Virus record (IMG/VR): IMGVR_UViG_3300042868_005134 | Coordinates: 310,001-374,000 of that record | Length of the DNA: 64,000 nt | Direction: 5' to 3' (one strand) | Part shown: positions 54,818-63,945 of the stretch, piece after piece | Numbering within the stretch: position 1 is the first letter of the stretch | Layout: every line of letters starts with the position of its first letter | Notes under the pieces: model-generated | What the model saw: only the letters and a program-made list of their open reading frames with translations | The model's database searches: none | Told to the model about the DNA's origin: nothing | Position numbers and translations under genes: made by a program

Positions 54818-54970
54818 CTACAACTGCCCTTGAGCAATCTCGCGCTTTCCAACAGCTTTGTGGTATAGTTTAGCTCTTGCTAACTTGTTCACAATCAATT
54901 GCTTGAACTGTTCTTTAGTTAACTCGTACTGCCTAGTCCACTCTGCTTCTTTAATCTTTTTTTCTATCAT
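54818..54970 (-). CDS. Hypothetical basic protein (50 aa)
   Basis: MIEKKIKEAEWTRQYEL...; first ORF after the attenuator. Confidence 0.4.
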   Translation of the reverse strand: MIEKKIKEAEWTRQYELTKEQFKQLIVNKLARAKLYHKAVGKREIAQGQL

Positions 54971-54980
54971 TCTTCTTGCG

Positions 54981-55018
54981 AAAAACAAAAAACCCCAGGA
55001 GTGTTAATCCTAGGGTCC
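54981..55018 (-). terminator. Intrinsic terminator (attenuator) upstream of tRNA array B
   Basis: GACCCTAGGA-TTAACAC-TCCTGGGGTT followed by TTTTGTTTTT. Confidence 0.85.
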
Positions 55019-55041
55019 TTGGAGTGAGCGTGTAATTTGTG

Positions 55042-55188
55042 TTACACAATGTCCTCCCGGACCCTTGAAATCTCTGGTGTACGATCATATGATAGACTTC
55101 CGCCATTAATCGATAACCAAGCGCAGGCTATTACACCTGCCTGTTTGGGCATCGTATTAAACAGTTGATGTCTATTGGACAATTGCAT
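55042..55188 (-). CDS. Candidate attenuator leader peptide (48 aa)
   Basis: MQLSNRHQLFNTMPKQAGVIACAWLSINGGSLSYDRTPEISRVREDIV; its last codons carry AGGGTCC, complementary to the terminator 5' arm. Confidence 0.7.
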   Translation of the reverse strand: MQLSNRHQLFNTMPKQAGVIACAWLSINGGSLSYDRTPEISRVREDIV

Positions 55189-55245
55189 TTTGTTTCTCTT
55201 TAAAACCTTGTTTACTTAAACAGCACCATTGCTGTCTATGTGTTA

Positions 55246-55274
55246 ATTATAACGCCTTTCAGCGTCCCTGTCAA
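55246..55274 (-). promoter_or_regulatory. Consensus sigma70 promoter P1
   Basis: TTGACA-17 nt-TATAAT. Confidence 0.88.
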
Positions 55275-55345
55275 CAACTTTTGGAATCTTTCTTTGTTGT
55301 ATTTTTACAACACTCGCAGACTACATTGTTTGCTAACTTGTTTCT

Positions 55346-55374
55346 ATTGTACTACTAATTAGTCTCTGTGTCAA
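55346..55374 (-). promoter_or_regulatory. sigma70 promoter P2
   Basis: TTGACA-17 nt-TACAAT. Confidence 0.8.
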
Positions 55375-55431
55375 CAACTTTTTGTCTTTTTGGACAAATT
55401 GTTTTAACAGCGAATCTTTAACAGTCTTTCT

Positions 55432-55460
55432 ATTGTATGTTTATTTAGTCTCTTTGTCAA
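55432..55460 (-). promoter_or_regulatory. sigma70 promoter P3
   Basis: TTGACA-17 nt-TACAAT; spacer similar to P2 (AGAGACTAA). Confidence 0.8.
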
Positions 55461-55529
55461 GAGCCATATGATAATGTGGCATTTTTACAACAAAATAAAA
55501 AAGCCACATCGTTATTTAAAATGAACAGT

Positions 55530-56555
55530 CTAGATTACATGTTTAGTTACCATAATTTCGTCAACTGTTAGACACTGTGATCGTCTACATATAGTTGGAA
55601 TTGTGTTGAAAACTATTTCATCGTTGAACACATTGCCAATCTTGCCATCGTTCTTACAAATGCCAAAGTGCATGTCGCCGTTGGCATCTATAGCAAGTTT
55701 TTTCATTCCTACATTACAACTCCAGCCTTTGAACTTGTTTAAGTCTTTCATTATAATAGAGTATGCACTTGCCTGTGTAGTTTTAATTATGCCATCTTCT
55801 TCTACAGTTAAGTTTATCTTAAAATTTTTTCGATTGTTAGTGGGTGCTGCGTTTTTACGCTCATCCTCTATTGATTTAATAATAGCTTTTTCGTCTTCGG
55901 AAAAATAATCAAGAGTTAAATCAGACTTTTGTGTGTAATCTTCAAGGTGTCTACTTGTTTGGAATGGCAAATTAATGTGCTGGGTAGTAGTGTTTACTAA
56001 TGGGAATATAATAAGTTTGTTAATGCCAATCGAGTGCGGTTTTAACTTTTCTTCTAACACATTCACTCTATCGAACAGCGTAGGCACCAGCATGGCCCGT
56101 ACTTCAACTTTGCCGCCATTTTCTTTTAGACGCACTGCAAGATTAACAAATTTTTCAATATCTGCGGTTTCTGGATGAAAACTAAGAAATATGTTAACAG
56201 ATTTTAAAGCTTCGCTACAACGCTCGTACATCTTTGCGGGCATACTACCATTAGTAAAAATAAAAATCTTAAACTTGTGTTCTACTAATCGTTGTAAGAA
56301 TAACTCAAAATTTGGTATGAGAAAAGGTTCGCCGCCAGTTAGTACTACTAACACAGTTTTATCTTCCGGCACTGCTGCCTTTATCTTGTCCGATACTGCC
56401 ATTAAGTCTTCGACTTTTGGCATTGTGTTAACATCTATAGTTCTGTGATTGTAAGGCTCGCAATAAGAACAGTCGTAATTACACATATCAAGTGGCTTCC
56501 AATGTACAATGTAATCAGTTAACCAATTGTCTTTTTCAATTCTTAGGAGATTCAT
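55530..56555 (-). CDS. Radical SAM protein with SPASM/twitch-like C-terminus
   Basis: CNYDCSYC; TGGEP; TNGS; SFHP; C-terminal Cys residues. Confidence 0.88.
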   Translation of the reverse strand: MNLLRIEKDNWLTDYIVHWKPLDMCNYDCSYCEPYNHRTIDVNTMPKVEDLMAVSDKIKAAVPEDKTVLVVLTGGEPFLIPNFELFLQRLVEHKFKIFIFTNGSMPAKMYERCSEALKSVNIFLSFHPETADIEKFVNLAVRLKENGGKVEVRAMLVPTLFDRVNVLEEKLKPHSIGINKLIIFPLVNTTTQHINLPFQTSRHLEDYTQKSDLTLDYFSEDEKAIIKSIEDERKNAAPTNNRKNFKINLTVEEDGIIKTTQASAYSIIMKDLNKFKGWSCNVGMKKLAIDANGDMHFGICKNDGKIGNVFNDEIVFNTIPTICRRSQCLTVDEIMVTKHVI

Positions 56556-56614
56556 ATTTTGTAGCATAAAAAACAATGTGGCCGAAGCCACATTGTTTAT
56601 AAATCAATTTGTGT

Positions 56615-57208
56615 TTAGATTGATTCAATCCAATCTGGTATGTGATTTAAAACGTTCTTGTTAATTCCTAACAGTTCGTTAACTTCATTGGGCAGTACAG
56701 GAACTTCCATCATTTCAGGATGCCACACTAAACCCCAGATTGGTTTAGTCTTATGTTTAAACCCTTCGATGTTGCCATCTAAGTCTACTGCAATTGCGTC
56801 ATAATCAGTACCTACAGTAACAATGTTAGAACCGTGGAAGCTATTAACTAACACATTATGTCCTTCCATTGTTACTACATGTTCTGTTCCTCTATGATTT
56901 TCAATATCATCACACACTGCTCCAGATATCTCTGCTAGAAAAAATGCCCCATGACAAATACCAAGAATAGGAATATTGTGTTCTATAGCATAGTTATATA
57001 ACTTTAACTCAGTGTACAAACGTGTCATACTAGAATTCCCGCCACTTAATATTAACATATCAAATTCGTAAATCTTACCAGTATCCACATTTGGTATGGG
57101 CATAACATCATGTTTCTTCAAGAAGGTATGCCATACATGACTTAAACAATCATGTGTGAGACCGCTGTTTCCAACAATCTCTTCACGTTGACTAATTGCA
57201 ATTTTCAA
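56615..57208 (-). CDS. Class I glutamine amidotransferase-like (peptidase C26) protein
   Basis: ILSGG; LGICHG; VNSFH; WHPE. Confidence 0.85.
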   Translation of the reverse strand: MKIAISQREEIVGNSGLTHDCLSHVWHTFLKKHDVMPIPNVDTGKIYEFDMLILSGGNSSMTRLYTELKLYNYAIEHNIPILGICHGAFFLAEISGAVCDDIENHRGTEHVVTMEGHNVLVNSFHGSNIVTVGTDYDAIAVDLDGNIEGFKHKTKPIWGLVWHPEMMEVPVLPNEVNELLGINKNVLNHIPDWIESI

Positions 57209-57209
57209 C

Positions 57210-57989
57210 TTATACCTGCTCTTGTGTTAACGGGCGAGTAGTTTTGCCATAAGCAGCTTCGATCATTTCACGAGTGCCTGGTAATTCCACTGTACCTTTA
57301 CAGTTAACTTCGAACAAATCTAAACGCATCTGTTTTGCCAACTCAACTACGCGAGCTTGCTTTTCAGGTGTGTCACAGATTTGTAAAAGTTTACGACGTC
57401 CCATCTTGCTATGAAATTTTTCATCACGAGCAATCTTAGCATAAGTGGTTGCAATGAAAGAATCTTCAACACAAGTTGCCATCATGGCCCAGTTACGTGC
57501 AGCACGGCCTTCGCCGATCAACTGATATAACGCCATGGCTAATTCGTCTGTGTCGCAATTATATTCTGTAAGAATCTTTGCGCCACGAATTGCTTTGTTA
57601 TTTGCCATGTCAAACTCAACTGCTGCAGCAACATCGATAGGACCTTGATTTAGATATTCAACAACATCTTTAACCATACGGAAGTGATTGGCTTCGTCCA
57701 GGGCCTGCTTGCTCAACAACTGAAGTTCTTTTGGATCCATGTCGACTGGAGCATTAGCCACTTGGCCAGCAAGTTCAATCATGTTCATGCGTTCATTAAC
57801 CATGCGGCCAGTGAAGTGCTTGACTAATTCTTCTCTTGTTCTGCCTTTGTAGTATGCTTCAACTTGACGCTCCGAAGCTGCAAACAATGTTTCATTTTCC
57901 GCTTCGATTTGATCTACAAATGAAGTTACTTGCTTGCTGCCGACTTCTTCGGCTACCATTTTTTCTAATTCTGCTGTATCAAATTTCAT
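57210..57989 (-). CDS. Ferritin-like di-iron protein
   Basis: NERMN...DEANH...GEGRA...DEKFH (two ExxH motifs). Confidence 0.8.
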   Translation of the reverse strand: MKFDTAELEKMVAEEVGSKQVTSFVDQIEAENETLFAASERQVEAYYKGRTREELVKHFTGRMVNERMNMIELAGQVANAPVDMDPKELQLLSKQALDEANHFRMVKDVVEYLNQGPIDVAAAVEFDMANNKAIRGAKILTEYNCDTDELAMALYQLIGEGRAARNWAMMATCVEDSFIATTYAKIARDEKFHSKMGRRKLLQICDTPEKQARVVELAKQMRLDLFEVNCKGTVELPGTREMIEAAYGKTTRPLTQEQV

Positions 57990-58004
57990 AGTTAATTCTC
58001 CTGA

Positions 58005-58760
58005 TTAATAAATTTCTGCCACTGCTGTGGTTTTATGTTCGCCGCGAGCATCTAATGCCCAGTCAGCGCCATAGAAATCTTCTACCATCTGACGGCTTTC
58101 TTCAATTCGCATTGTGCCGTTACAGTTAACTTGGAACATATCTTTACGCATCTGATCAGCGATTGTACGTGCGTACTGTTGCTTTTCTTCTGTGTCAAGT
58201 AATTTCACTAACTGTGTTTTACCTATTTTACTGTGGAAACGCTCATCAGCTGCGATCTTTGCGTATGTATTAGCAAGGAACGGATCTGTTAGGCAGTCTG
58301 CCATCATTTGCCAGTTACGGCTTGCTTGCCCTTCAACAATTGCTTGGTATAAAGCAAGAGCGATAGGATCGTTTTCGCAATTGTATTTCTTTAAAAGTTT
58401 AGCACCTTTAACGAATGTGTCTTCTAGTTCACGTGTAACAGTTGATCCAATGTCGACTTTTTCTTCGCCGATATATTCAACTACATCACGTACCATACGG
58501 AAGTGATTGGCTTCGTCAAGAGCTTGTTTACATAGGCTCATGAGTTCTTTTGGGTCTGCGCTTGCGTCTGAATTTGCTACAGATTTCATAATTTCTGTTA
58601 AATTCATTCTTTCGTTAACCATTCTACGTGTAAAGTTTTTAACTAAATGCTCTTTAGCTGGCTTACTGTCGTAAAATGCTTTGATTTGTAATTCACTTGC
58701 TCTGTAAAGAACTTCCGTATCTTCCCAGATTTGATCTACTACTTGTTCTGATGTTGTCAT
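58005..58760 (-). CDS. Ferritin-like di-iron protein (paralogue)
   Basis: NERMN...DEANH...VEGQA...DERFH. Confidence 0.8.
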   Translation of the reverse strand: MTTSEQVVDQIWEDTEVLYRASELQIKAFYDSKPAKEHLVKNFTRRMVNERMNLTEIMKSVANSDASADPKELMSLCKQALDEANHFRMVRDVVEYIGEEKVDIGSTVTRELEDTFVKGAKLLKKYNCENDPIALALYQAIVEGQASRNWQMMADCLTDPFLANTYAKIAADERFHSKIGKTQLVKLLDTEEKQQYARTIADQMRKDMFQVNCNGTMRIEESRQMVEDFYGADWALDARGEHKTTAVAEIY

Positions 58761-58794
58761 GGTTGACTCTCCTTGGTTGTCTATTGTATTTATT

Positions 58795-59514
58795 TCAAAT
58801 TTTAATATTTGGAGTGTTTGACGCTTTCCATAAGAATTCGTCAGTTTCAGGAGTACGTAATCCTGTAATTAACAGCATTGCTCTTGGTGTAAATGCTGCG
58901 TTAGCGGAGTAGTGCGGTGTGTGTGCGTGACGTAGAGTGTTGAAATCGCCAGCTTTCCACCCTTGATGTATATAATTTCCGTATCCAATCAAGTGCCCAG
59001 GGACCCAATCTGTAAGCATAACCATTACACGCATTAGCTTAGTTTGATCCTGTGGCGCAAATCTAGTTCTTCTTTGGAAGAAATCAATATGATACGGAAA
59101 TACTTGACCCGACATTTGGATATGGCAGGTATATTGGAAAGGTTCTGGTTCAAATTTAAAAGCATTAACCATCTTCATGATAGTTGGGCCTAATTCTGCT
59201 GTTTTATTGATAATCTCATATTTTTCATATGAAAAATCAGTCGACTCGTTAAAGAAATCTTTTTCTTGATTGTAATGTTCTATTACATTACCTTTTGGTG
59301 GGAAGTATTGTTGAGTTAGTGATTTCCCGTCAACTGTACTATGTGCCCTATTGGCCATAGTAGTTGGTTTAGATACAGCTATTGCATCTTGTAGTTCTTT
59401 TGCCCAATCACCTTCAAACTTACCCAATCCGATTACTCCGTCAAATCTTGGATCAATTCTGGTTGGGTCAAAGTGATATGCACTGTGCGAAACACATTCT
59501 TCTAGTAAATTCAT
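58795..59514 (-). CDS. 2OG-Fe(II) oxygenase-like protein
   Basis: GQVFPYHID...GWKAGD...PHYSANAAFTPR; paralogue of 35308. Confidence 0.7.
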   Translation of the reverse strand: MNLLEECVSHSAYHFDPTRIDPRFDGVIGLGKFEGDWAKELQDAIAVSKPTTMANRAHSTVDGKSLTQQYFPPKGNVIEHYNQEKDFFNESTDFSYEKYEIINKTAELGPTIMKMVNAFKFEPEPFQYTCHIQMSGQVFPYHIDFFQRRTRFAPQDQTKLMRVMVMLTDWVPGHLIGYGNYIHQGWKAGDFNTLRHAHTPHYSANAAFTPRAMLLITGLRTPETDEFLWKASNTPNIKI

Positions 59515-59550
59515 AAAAACTCCATTATATATTAACTATATTTATCATAG

Positions 59551-60240
59551 TTACTTGACGTTCCAGGGATTTATTACGGCTACTGTTAAGGTTTCAGGAA
59601 GACCCTTGCTAATTCCGTCCGTGTGCTCTAGTAGTATTCCGGAGCCGCGGTTTGCGTTTTCGAATCTAGGACACACAGTGGGGAAGTTTTCTTTAATCCA
59701 TTCTAGTGTAAATTGAGATGTTTCTAAATTATGCCGCTTGATAAAATCTTTACTGGCAACTAATTCTTTGTTTATTTCGTCCCATATAGCATTGTAGTCA
59801 CCGTTGTACCAATAGTAAGCATCGTACACAGTCTTATGTCCACCTGAAAATTCCCACCATACATAACACTTGTGAGGTTCTTGTAATACAATTACAATAG
59901 CATCATCTGGAAACATTTCTTTAATCTTGTCCAGATGGTACGCAAATAAATGAGATTTGTGTATTCTCACTAATTCCGTCACACCTTCTTGATTAACAAA
60001 TACTGAGTCAACAGTCTCAATGATATGTTCTTTAGTGTAGGTGTTGAAATTCAGAATCCACTCTCCAAATTCGTTACCTAGATTAAAGTAGGCACCGCGG
60101 TGTCCTCTGTGACTGCGAGCAGGTGTTACGTCAGTATTATCACTTGTTGGAATTGCTGCTCTTAGCTGGCGGTCTACACCTGACCACATAGAACCCGGTG
60201 GTCCTGTTAAGAAAATTCTTTTTATTTTTACTTCTGCCAT
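59551..60240 (-). CDS. Sulfotransferase-like/P-loop protein
   Basis: IFLTGPPGSMWS; HRGAYF; HKSHLF; FPDD. Confidence 0.6.
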   Translation of the reverse strand: MAEVKIKRIFLTGPPGSMWSGVDRQLRAAIPTSDNTDVTPARSHRGHRGAYFNLGNEFGEWILNFNTYTKEHIIETVDSVFVNQEGVTELVRIHKSHLFAYHLDKIKEMFPDDAIVIVLQEPHKCYVWWEFSGGHKTVYDAYYWYNGDYNAIWDEINKELVASKDFIKRHNLETSQFTLEWIKENFPTVCPRFENANRGSGILLEHTDGISKGLPETLTVAVINPWNVK

Positions 60241-60722
60241 ACAAATACAAACCTTTTATTATCGTTTAATGTAATAGGCTTCACAAACAGTAGATTATGT
60301 TTGTTTGCCAAATACTCTATCTCTTCTTTTTTCCAGTAATACGTGCCAGGTGCACCATCCCCCGGATTTACACGCATATATATTTTGCCGCCTGGCTTTA
60401 ACCAAGACAGTGCTTTTTCAACTTGTCTCTCTATTAGTTTGAATGTGCCTAGATTAATAGAACCTAAAATTAATAATATGTCAAAGGATTCTGCTTCACA
60501 TTCAAAATCCATCATGTCAACAACATAATCGGCAGCATTATTATATTTGTCAATGCCTATAAGGTTTTTAATGCGACCTTTAAACTGATTAAATCCACAA
60601 CCAATATCTAACACCTTTGCGTCATCGGGAATTTCCGATACTATAACTGCGTCACTTTCAACATTTCTATCTTTCACAAAATTTTCAAAATAAGTTGATA
60701 GTGCTGAATCGTAATCAGTCAT
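60228..60722 (-). CDS. Class I SAM-dependent methyltransferase
   Basis: VLDIGCGFN; LGSINLG; LKPGG; RVNPG. Confidence 0.82.
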   Translation of the reverse strand: MTDYDSALSTYFENFVKDRNVESDAVIVSEIPDDAKVLDIGCGFNQFKGRIKNLIGIDKYNNAADYVVDMMDFECEAESFDILLILGSINLGTFKLIERQVEKALSWLKPGGKIYMRVNPGDGAPGTYYWKKEEIEYLANKHNLLFVKPITLNDNKRFVFVWQK

Positions 60723-61410
60723 CTTTCTTCCTTAAGGTATAGCGATAGCTTTCGCCCACTTGTCCGTGAAATTTTACAACTTCTTTCATATGATCATCTA
60801 ACCAGTGTGTTTCTACAGGCGTAATGTACTTAGCATTTGCGTTATCTTGTAAAATTAAATCTAATCTGTCCTTAGCCACATCGATAGGAAAGTCTAACAG
60901 TTGCGAGAGCTGTTCCAAGTATCGATGTTTATACAAATATAGAGTTTCAGTACTTACAAAAATTGGTTTATACTTATCTAAGAATTCATCGTAGGCATCT
61001 AAGAAAATTGGAGTTGTTATTTTCTTACGTACTCTGCTTTGTTGACACTCTAAAATATTTCTATCTCTAGCGATTACTCCTAACTTGACTTCAAATCCTG
61101 CTAATTCTGCTGCGCTAATAAATTCATCAAATTTAGGTGTTCGTAGAACTATAGTATCGTCAATCTCCGGACCACCTCTATTGATATAAGGGCATGAGAT
61201 ACTAGTGTAGTAGTAGTCATGTGGCCAATCTAATTTTTGAAATAAGCTCGGGTCTTCCCATACTTCGGCAAATGGTTCGTCACCGTGTCCTATCCAATAG
61301 TCTTTAGTCAGCTGATGCCATCCTTGTACAGTAGGAGTTTCGCTGAATATTTTTGCCCACATATGATTGCCCGAACCTTGCGGGCCTGTTAGAATTAAAA
61401 GTTTTTTCAT
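60715..61410 (-). CDS. Sulfotransferase-like/P-loop protein
   Basis: LILTGPQGSGNH; IARD. Confidence 0.55.
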   Translation of the reverse strand: MKKLLILTGPQGSGNHMWAKIFSETPTVQGWHQLTKDYWIGHGDEPFAEVWEDPSLFQKLDWPHDYYYTSISCPYINRGGPEIDDTIVLRTPKFDEFISAAELAGFEVKLGVIARDRNILECQQSRVRKKITTPIFLDAYDEFLDKYKPIFVSTETLYLYKHRYLEQLSQLLDFPIDVAKDRLDLILQDNANAKYITPVETHWLDDHMKEVVKFHGQVGESYRYTLRKKDD

Positions 61411-62474
61411 TTTGCTTTATATACAATTTCTGGCTTATACACTGCGTCCAAACCGATACCCTCTGTGGTAAATTTGTGTAGATTTTTTAAATTCTTTTCT
61501 GTTACCTGTTTACGAATAACGTCATAAGCACGAGTCATATCTTTACCTACAAACCATTCGTAGTCGCCGCTGTCTTCTTCGATAGCTTTCATAGCAACCG
61601 GGTCATTTAATACTGCCACAATTGCTCCTCGTAGTTTGGTAGCATTGGGATTATCTTTGCCCATCCACAACGACTTTTGTAAAACGTCACGATAATTCTT
61701 TACTAACACATAGCTGTCATAAAATTCACCTTTTGGTTGAACTTTCCACTTTGCTTTATATGCTTGTTCAAAAGTAGGAAGATTAAAATTTTTGTCATTT
61801 ACAATCTTGCCTGTTTTTAAATCAAGTACTCCATGATTGAACCAATCTACAATTTTGCCCTCTTTGATAGCGGGCATTATAAACTTCTTGTGACTTACGA
61901 ACGTTTCTCTGCTCATGTTTAATTCACCACGTAGCATTGCCAATCTAGCATCTGCCGGCTTCATTCCTTTTACAAAAGTAACTCGTTGATTGTAACAAGC
62001 GATGTACGCATCTACTGTGGGTTTAGGGCCGCAAGCCATCATTACAATTGCCATCAAGTCGGGTCTACGACCTGAAGTACTTCCAAAGTTGATATGATCT
62101 TTGTATGGATCCATGCCTTTAGCATGACTCACTACAATATTTAAATTCACAAGAGCAATGGGTTCATACAAATCATAGTTGTAATCAACTTTATCTGTTA
62201 AGAAACTTTCAGCATTGCCGCCGTGTGCTACCATAATAACTTTAGGATCAGTTCTTAAGCTATTATGAAACTTATTAAATCCCGGAACGTCATTGGCGCC
62301 TGGAATGTGTTCAATGATAACAGGCTCGCCTAGAACTTTGGCAATGTGTGGTGCTACTACGTGTGCCCACACACTAGTGCCGCTGCCAGGCGTTTGTGGC
62401 ACTATCATTCGATAGTCTGCCATGGCTAATGTTGAGATTAAACTGGTTAAAAGAATTGACAGAAATCGTTTCAT
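61407..62474 (-). CDS. TctC/Bug-like periplasmic substrate-binding protein
   Basis: Signal peptide; MIVPQTPGSGT...VIIEHIPGA; adjacent to TctA. Confidence 0.7.
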   Translation of the reverse strand: MKRFLSILLTSLISTLAMADYRMIVPQTPGSGTSVWAHVVAPHIAKVLGEPVIIEHIPGANDVPGFNKFHNSLRTDPKVIMVAHGGNAESFLTDKVDYNYDLYEPIALVNLNIVVSHAKGMDPYKDHINFGSTSGRRPDLMAIVMMACGPKPTVDAYIACYNQRVTFVKGMKPADARLAMLRGELNMSRETFVSHKKFIMPAIKEGKIVDWFNHGVLDLKTGKIVNDKNFNLPTFEQAYKAKWKVQPKGEFYDSYVLVKNYRDVLQKSLWMGKDNPNATKLRGAIVAVLNDPVAMKAIEEDSGDYEWFVGKDMTRAYDVIRKQVTEKNLKNLHKFTTEGIGLDAVYKPEIVYKAK

Positions 62475-62484
62475 TTGTGGTTCC

Positions 62485-63945
62485 TTAAATATATGAAATT
62501 TTTGTTTTGTTAAAAAATATGCCGTACACTATAACCGATAATGTTATTACAAATAAGGTAAAACTTATCGGTCGATAAAATACATGATCCCATGCGTACA
62601 ATGTATTGTATTGTAGTAGCATCTTTTCCAATTGATCACTGAGTGCAAAACCCACAATTAAGGCGGCACGGCTCAGTTTGAGATATTTAATTACTATGCC
62701 TAATATACAACAAATTGCGAACATGAGGTAATCTTCCCAGTAGCCTGTATATTGTACACTACTCCATAACAACAAAGCTATAATAGGCCAGAAGTAATAT
62801 TTAAAAGGCATAGCCATAAATTTTATTGCGTATCGTATAAACAATATTGAAATAATAAACGTTAGTGTCATTGACAACATGTAACTATAAGTCAACATGT
62901 TGAAAAATTTAGCATCGGTTAATAACGTAGGAGTACCTAGTTCAAGTCCCACTAGTACAAACAAACTCATTAATACAACTTCAAACGGAGCTCCTGGAAC
63001 TCCAAACAATATAGTAGGCACATAGCTTGTTGCTTTTTGTGCGTTGTTTGCGCCTTCGCTACCCACGACTCCTTTGATATTACCTTCACCAAATGGAATT
63101 TTTTCATTCTTATTTAGGGCAACTGTTTGACCGTATGCTAACCAATCTGCGATACTGCCGCCGATGCCCGGTATAACACCTACTATAGCACCAATAGCGC
63201 CGCCGCGTAACCCGTCCCATTTATGTTGCCAACTATCAACGAACCCTTGCCAAATTTGTTGCCATGGCCGCTCAGAATTTGTTACAGGTGCTTCGTACTG
63301 TTTTTTGTATGCTTCAACTAATTCCGGAAATGCTAATATTCCAGCTAACACCGGAATTAGTTGTATACCGTTGGCTAAGTAATCCCAGCCGCCTGTTAGT
63401 CTAGAGCTTCCACTAATTGGATCGATACCCACAAGTCCAGCAAATATGCCTACAACTAGGGCAATGATTCCCCTGAACCAATATTCACTGTTGATAAAAC
63501 ACACACAACTGAATGCCAATAATAAAAACATCAACATTTCAGGTATACCAAATTTTAATATCAACGTAGCGTATAATGGCAAAAATACAAATACCATGGC
63601 ACCCCAAATAAATCCGTTTACTGTGGAGGTAACAATACTGGCACTGAGAGCTCTGCCAGCTTCGCCACGTTTTGCCATAGGAAAACCATCTACCATGGTG
63701 GCGGCACTGCCGCCCGCACCTGGTATGTTTAATACTACACTGCTAAAGCTGTCTCCGATTGTGCTGGCCACAACAATAGCTGTGGAAAAAACTACCAGTG
63801 TGTAAGGATCTGCTCTGAACACATCTAAAAAACTAAAGATTGTAATTAATGCAGTAGCAGTACCTGCAACAGGCACAATACCAAAGAAAAAGCCATACAA
63901 GGTACCTGATAGTAACCAGGGCAAATATTGTACTACTAGATCCAT
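62485..63945 (-). CDS. tctA: Tripartite tricarboxylate transporter large subunit (TctA-like)
   Basis: LNIPG...ATMVDGFPMAKRGEAGRAL; GVIPGIGG; EGANNA; PTILFGVPG. Confidence 0.9.
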   Translation of the reverse strand: MDLVVQYLPWLLSGTLYGFFFGIVPVAGTATALITIFSFLDVFRADPYTLVVFSTAIVVASTIGDSFSSVVLNIPGAGGSAATMVDGFPMAKRGEAGRALSASIVTSTVNGFIWGAMVFVFLPLYATLILKFGIPEMLMFLLLAFSCVCFINSEYWFRGIIALVVGIFAGLVGIDPISGSSRLTGGWDYLANGIQLIPVLAGILAFPELVEAYKKQYEAPVTNSERPWQQIWQGFVDSWQHKWDGLRGGAIGAIVGVIPGIGGSIADWLAYGQTVALNKNEKIPFGEGNIKGVVGSEGANNAQKATSYVPTILFGVPGAPFEVVLMSLFVLVGLELGTPTLLTDAKFFNMLTYSYMLSMTLTFIISILFIRYAIKFMAMPFKYYFWPIIALLLWSSVQYTGYWEDYLMFAICCILGIVIKYLKLSRAALIVGFALSDQLEKMLLQYNTLYAWDHVFYRPISFTLFVITLSVIVYGIFFNKTKISYI

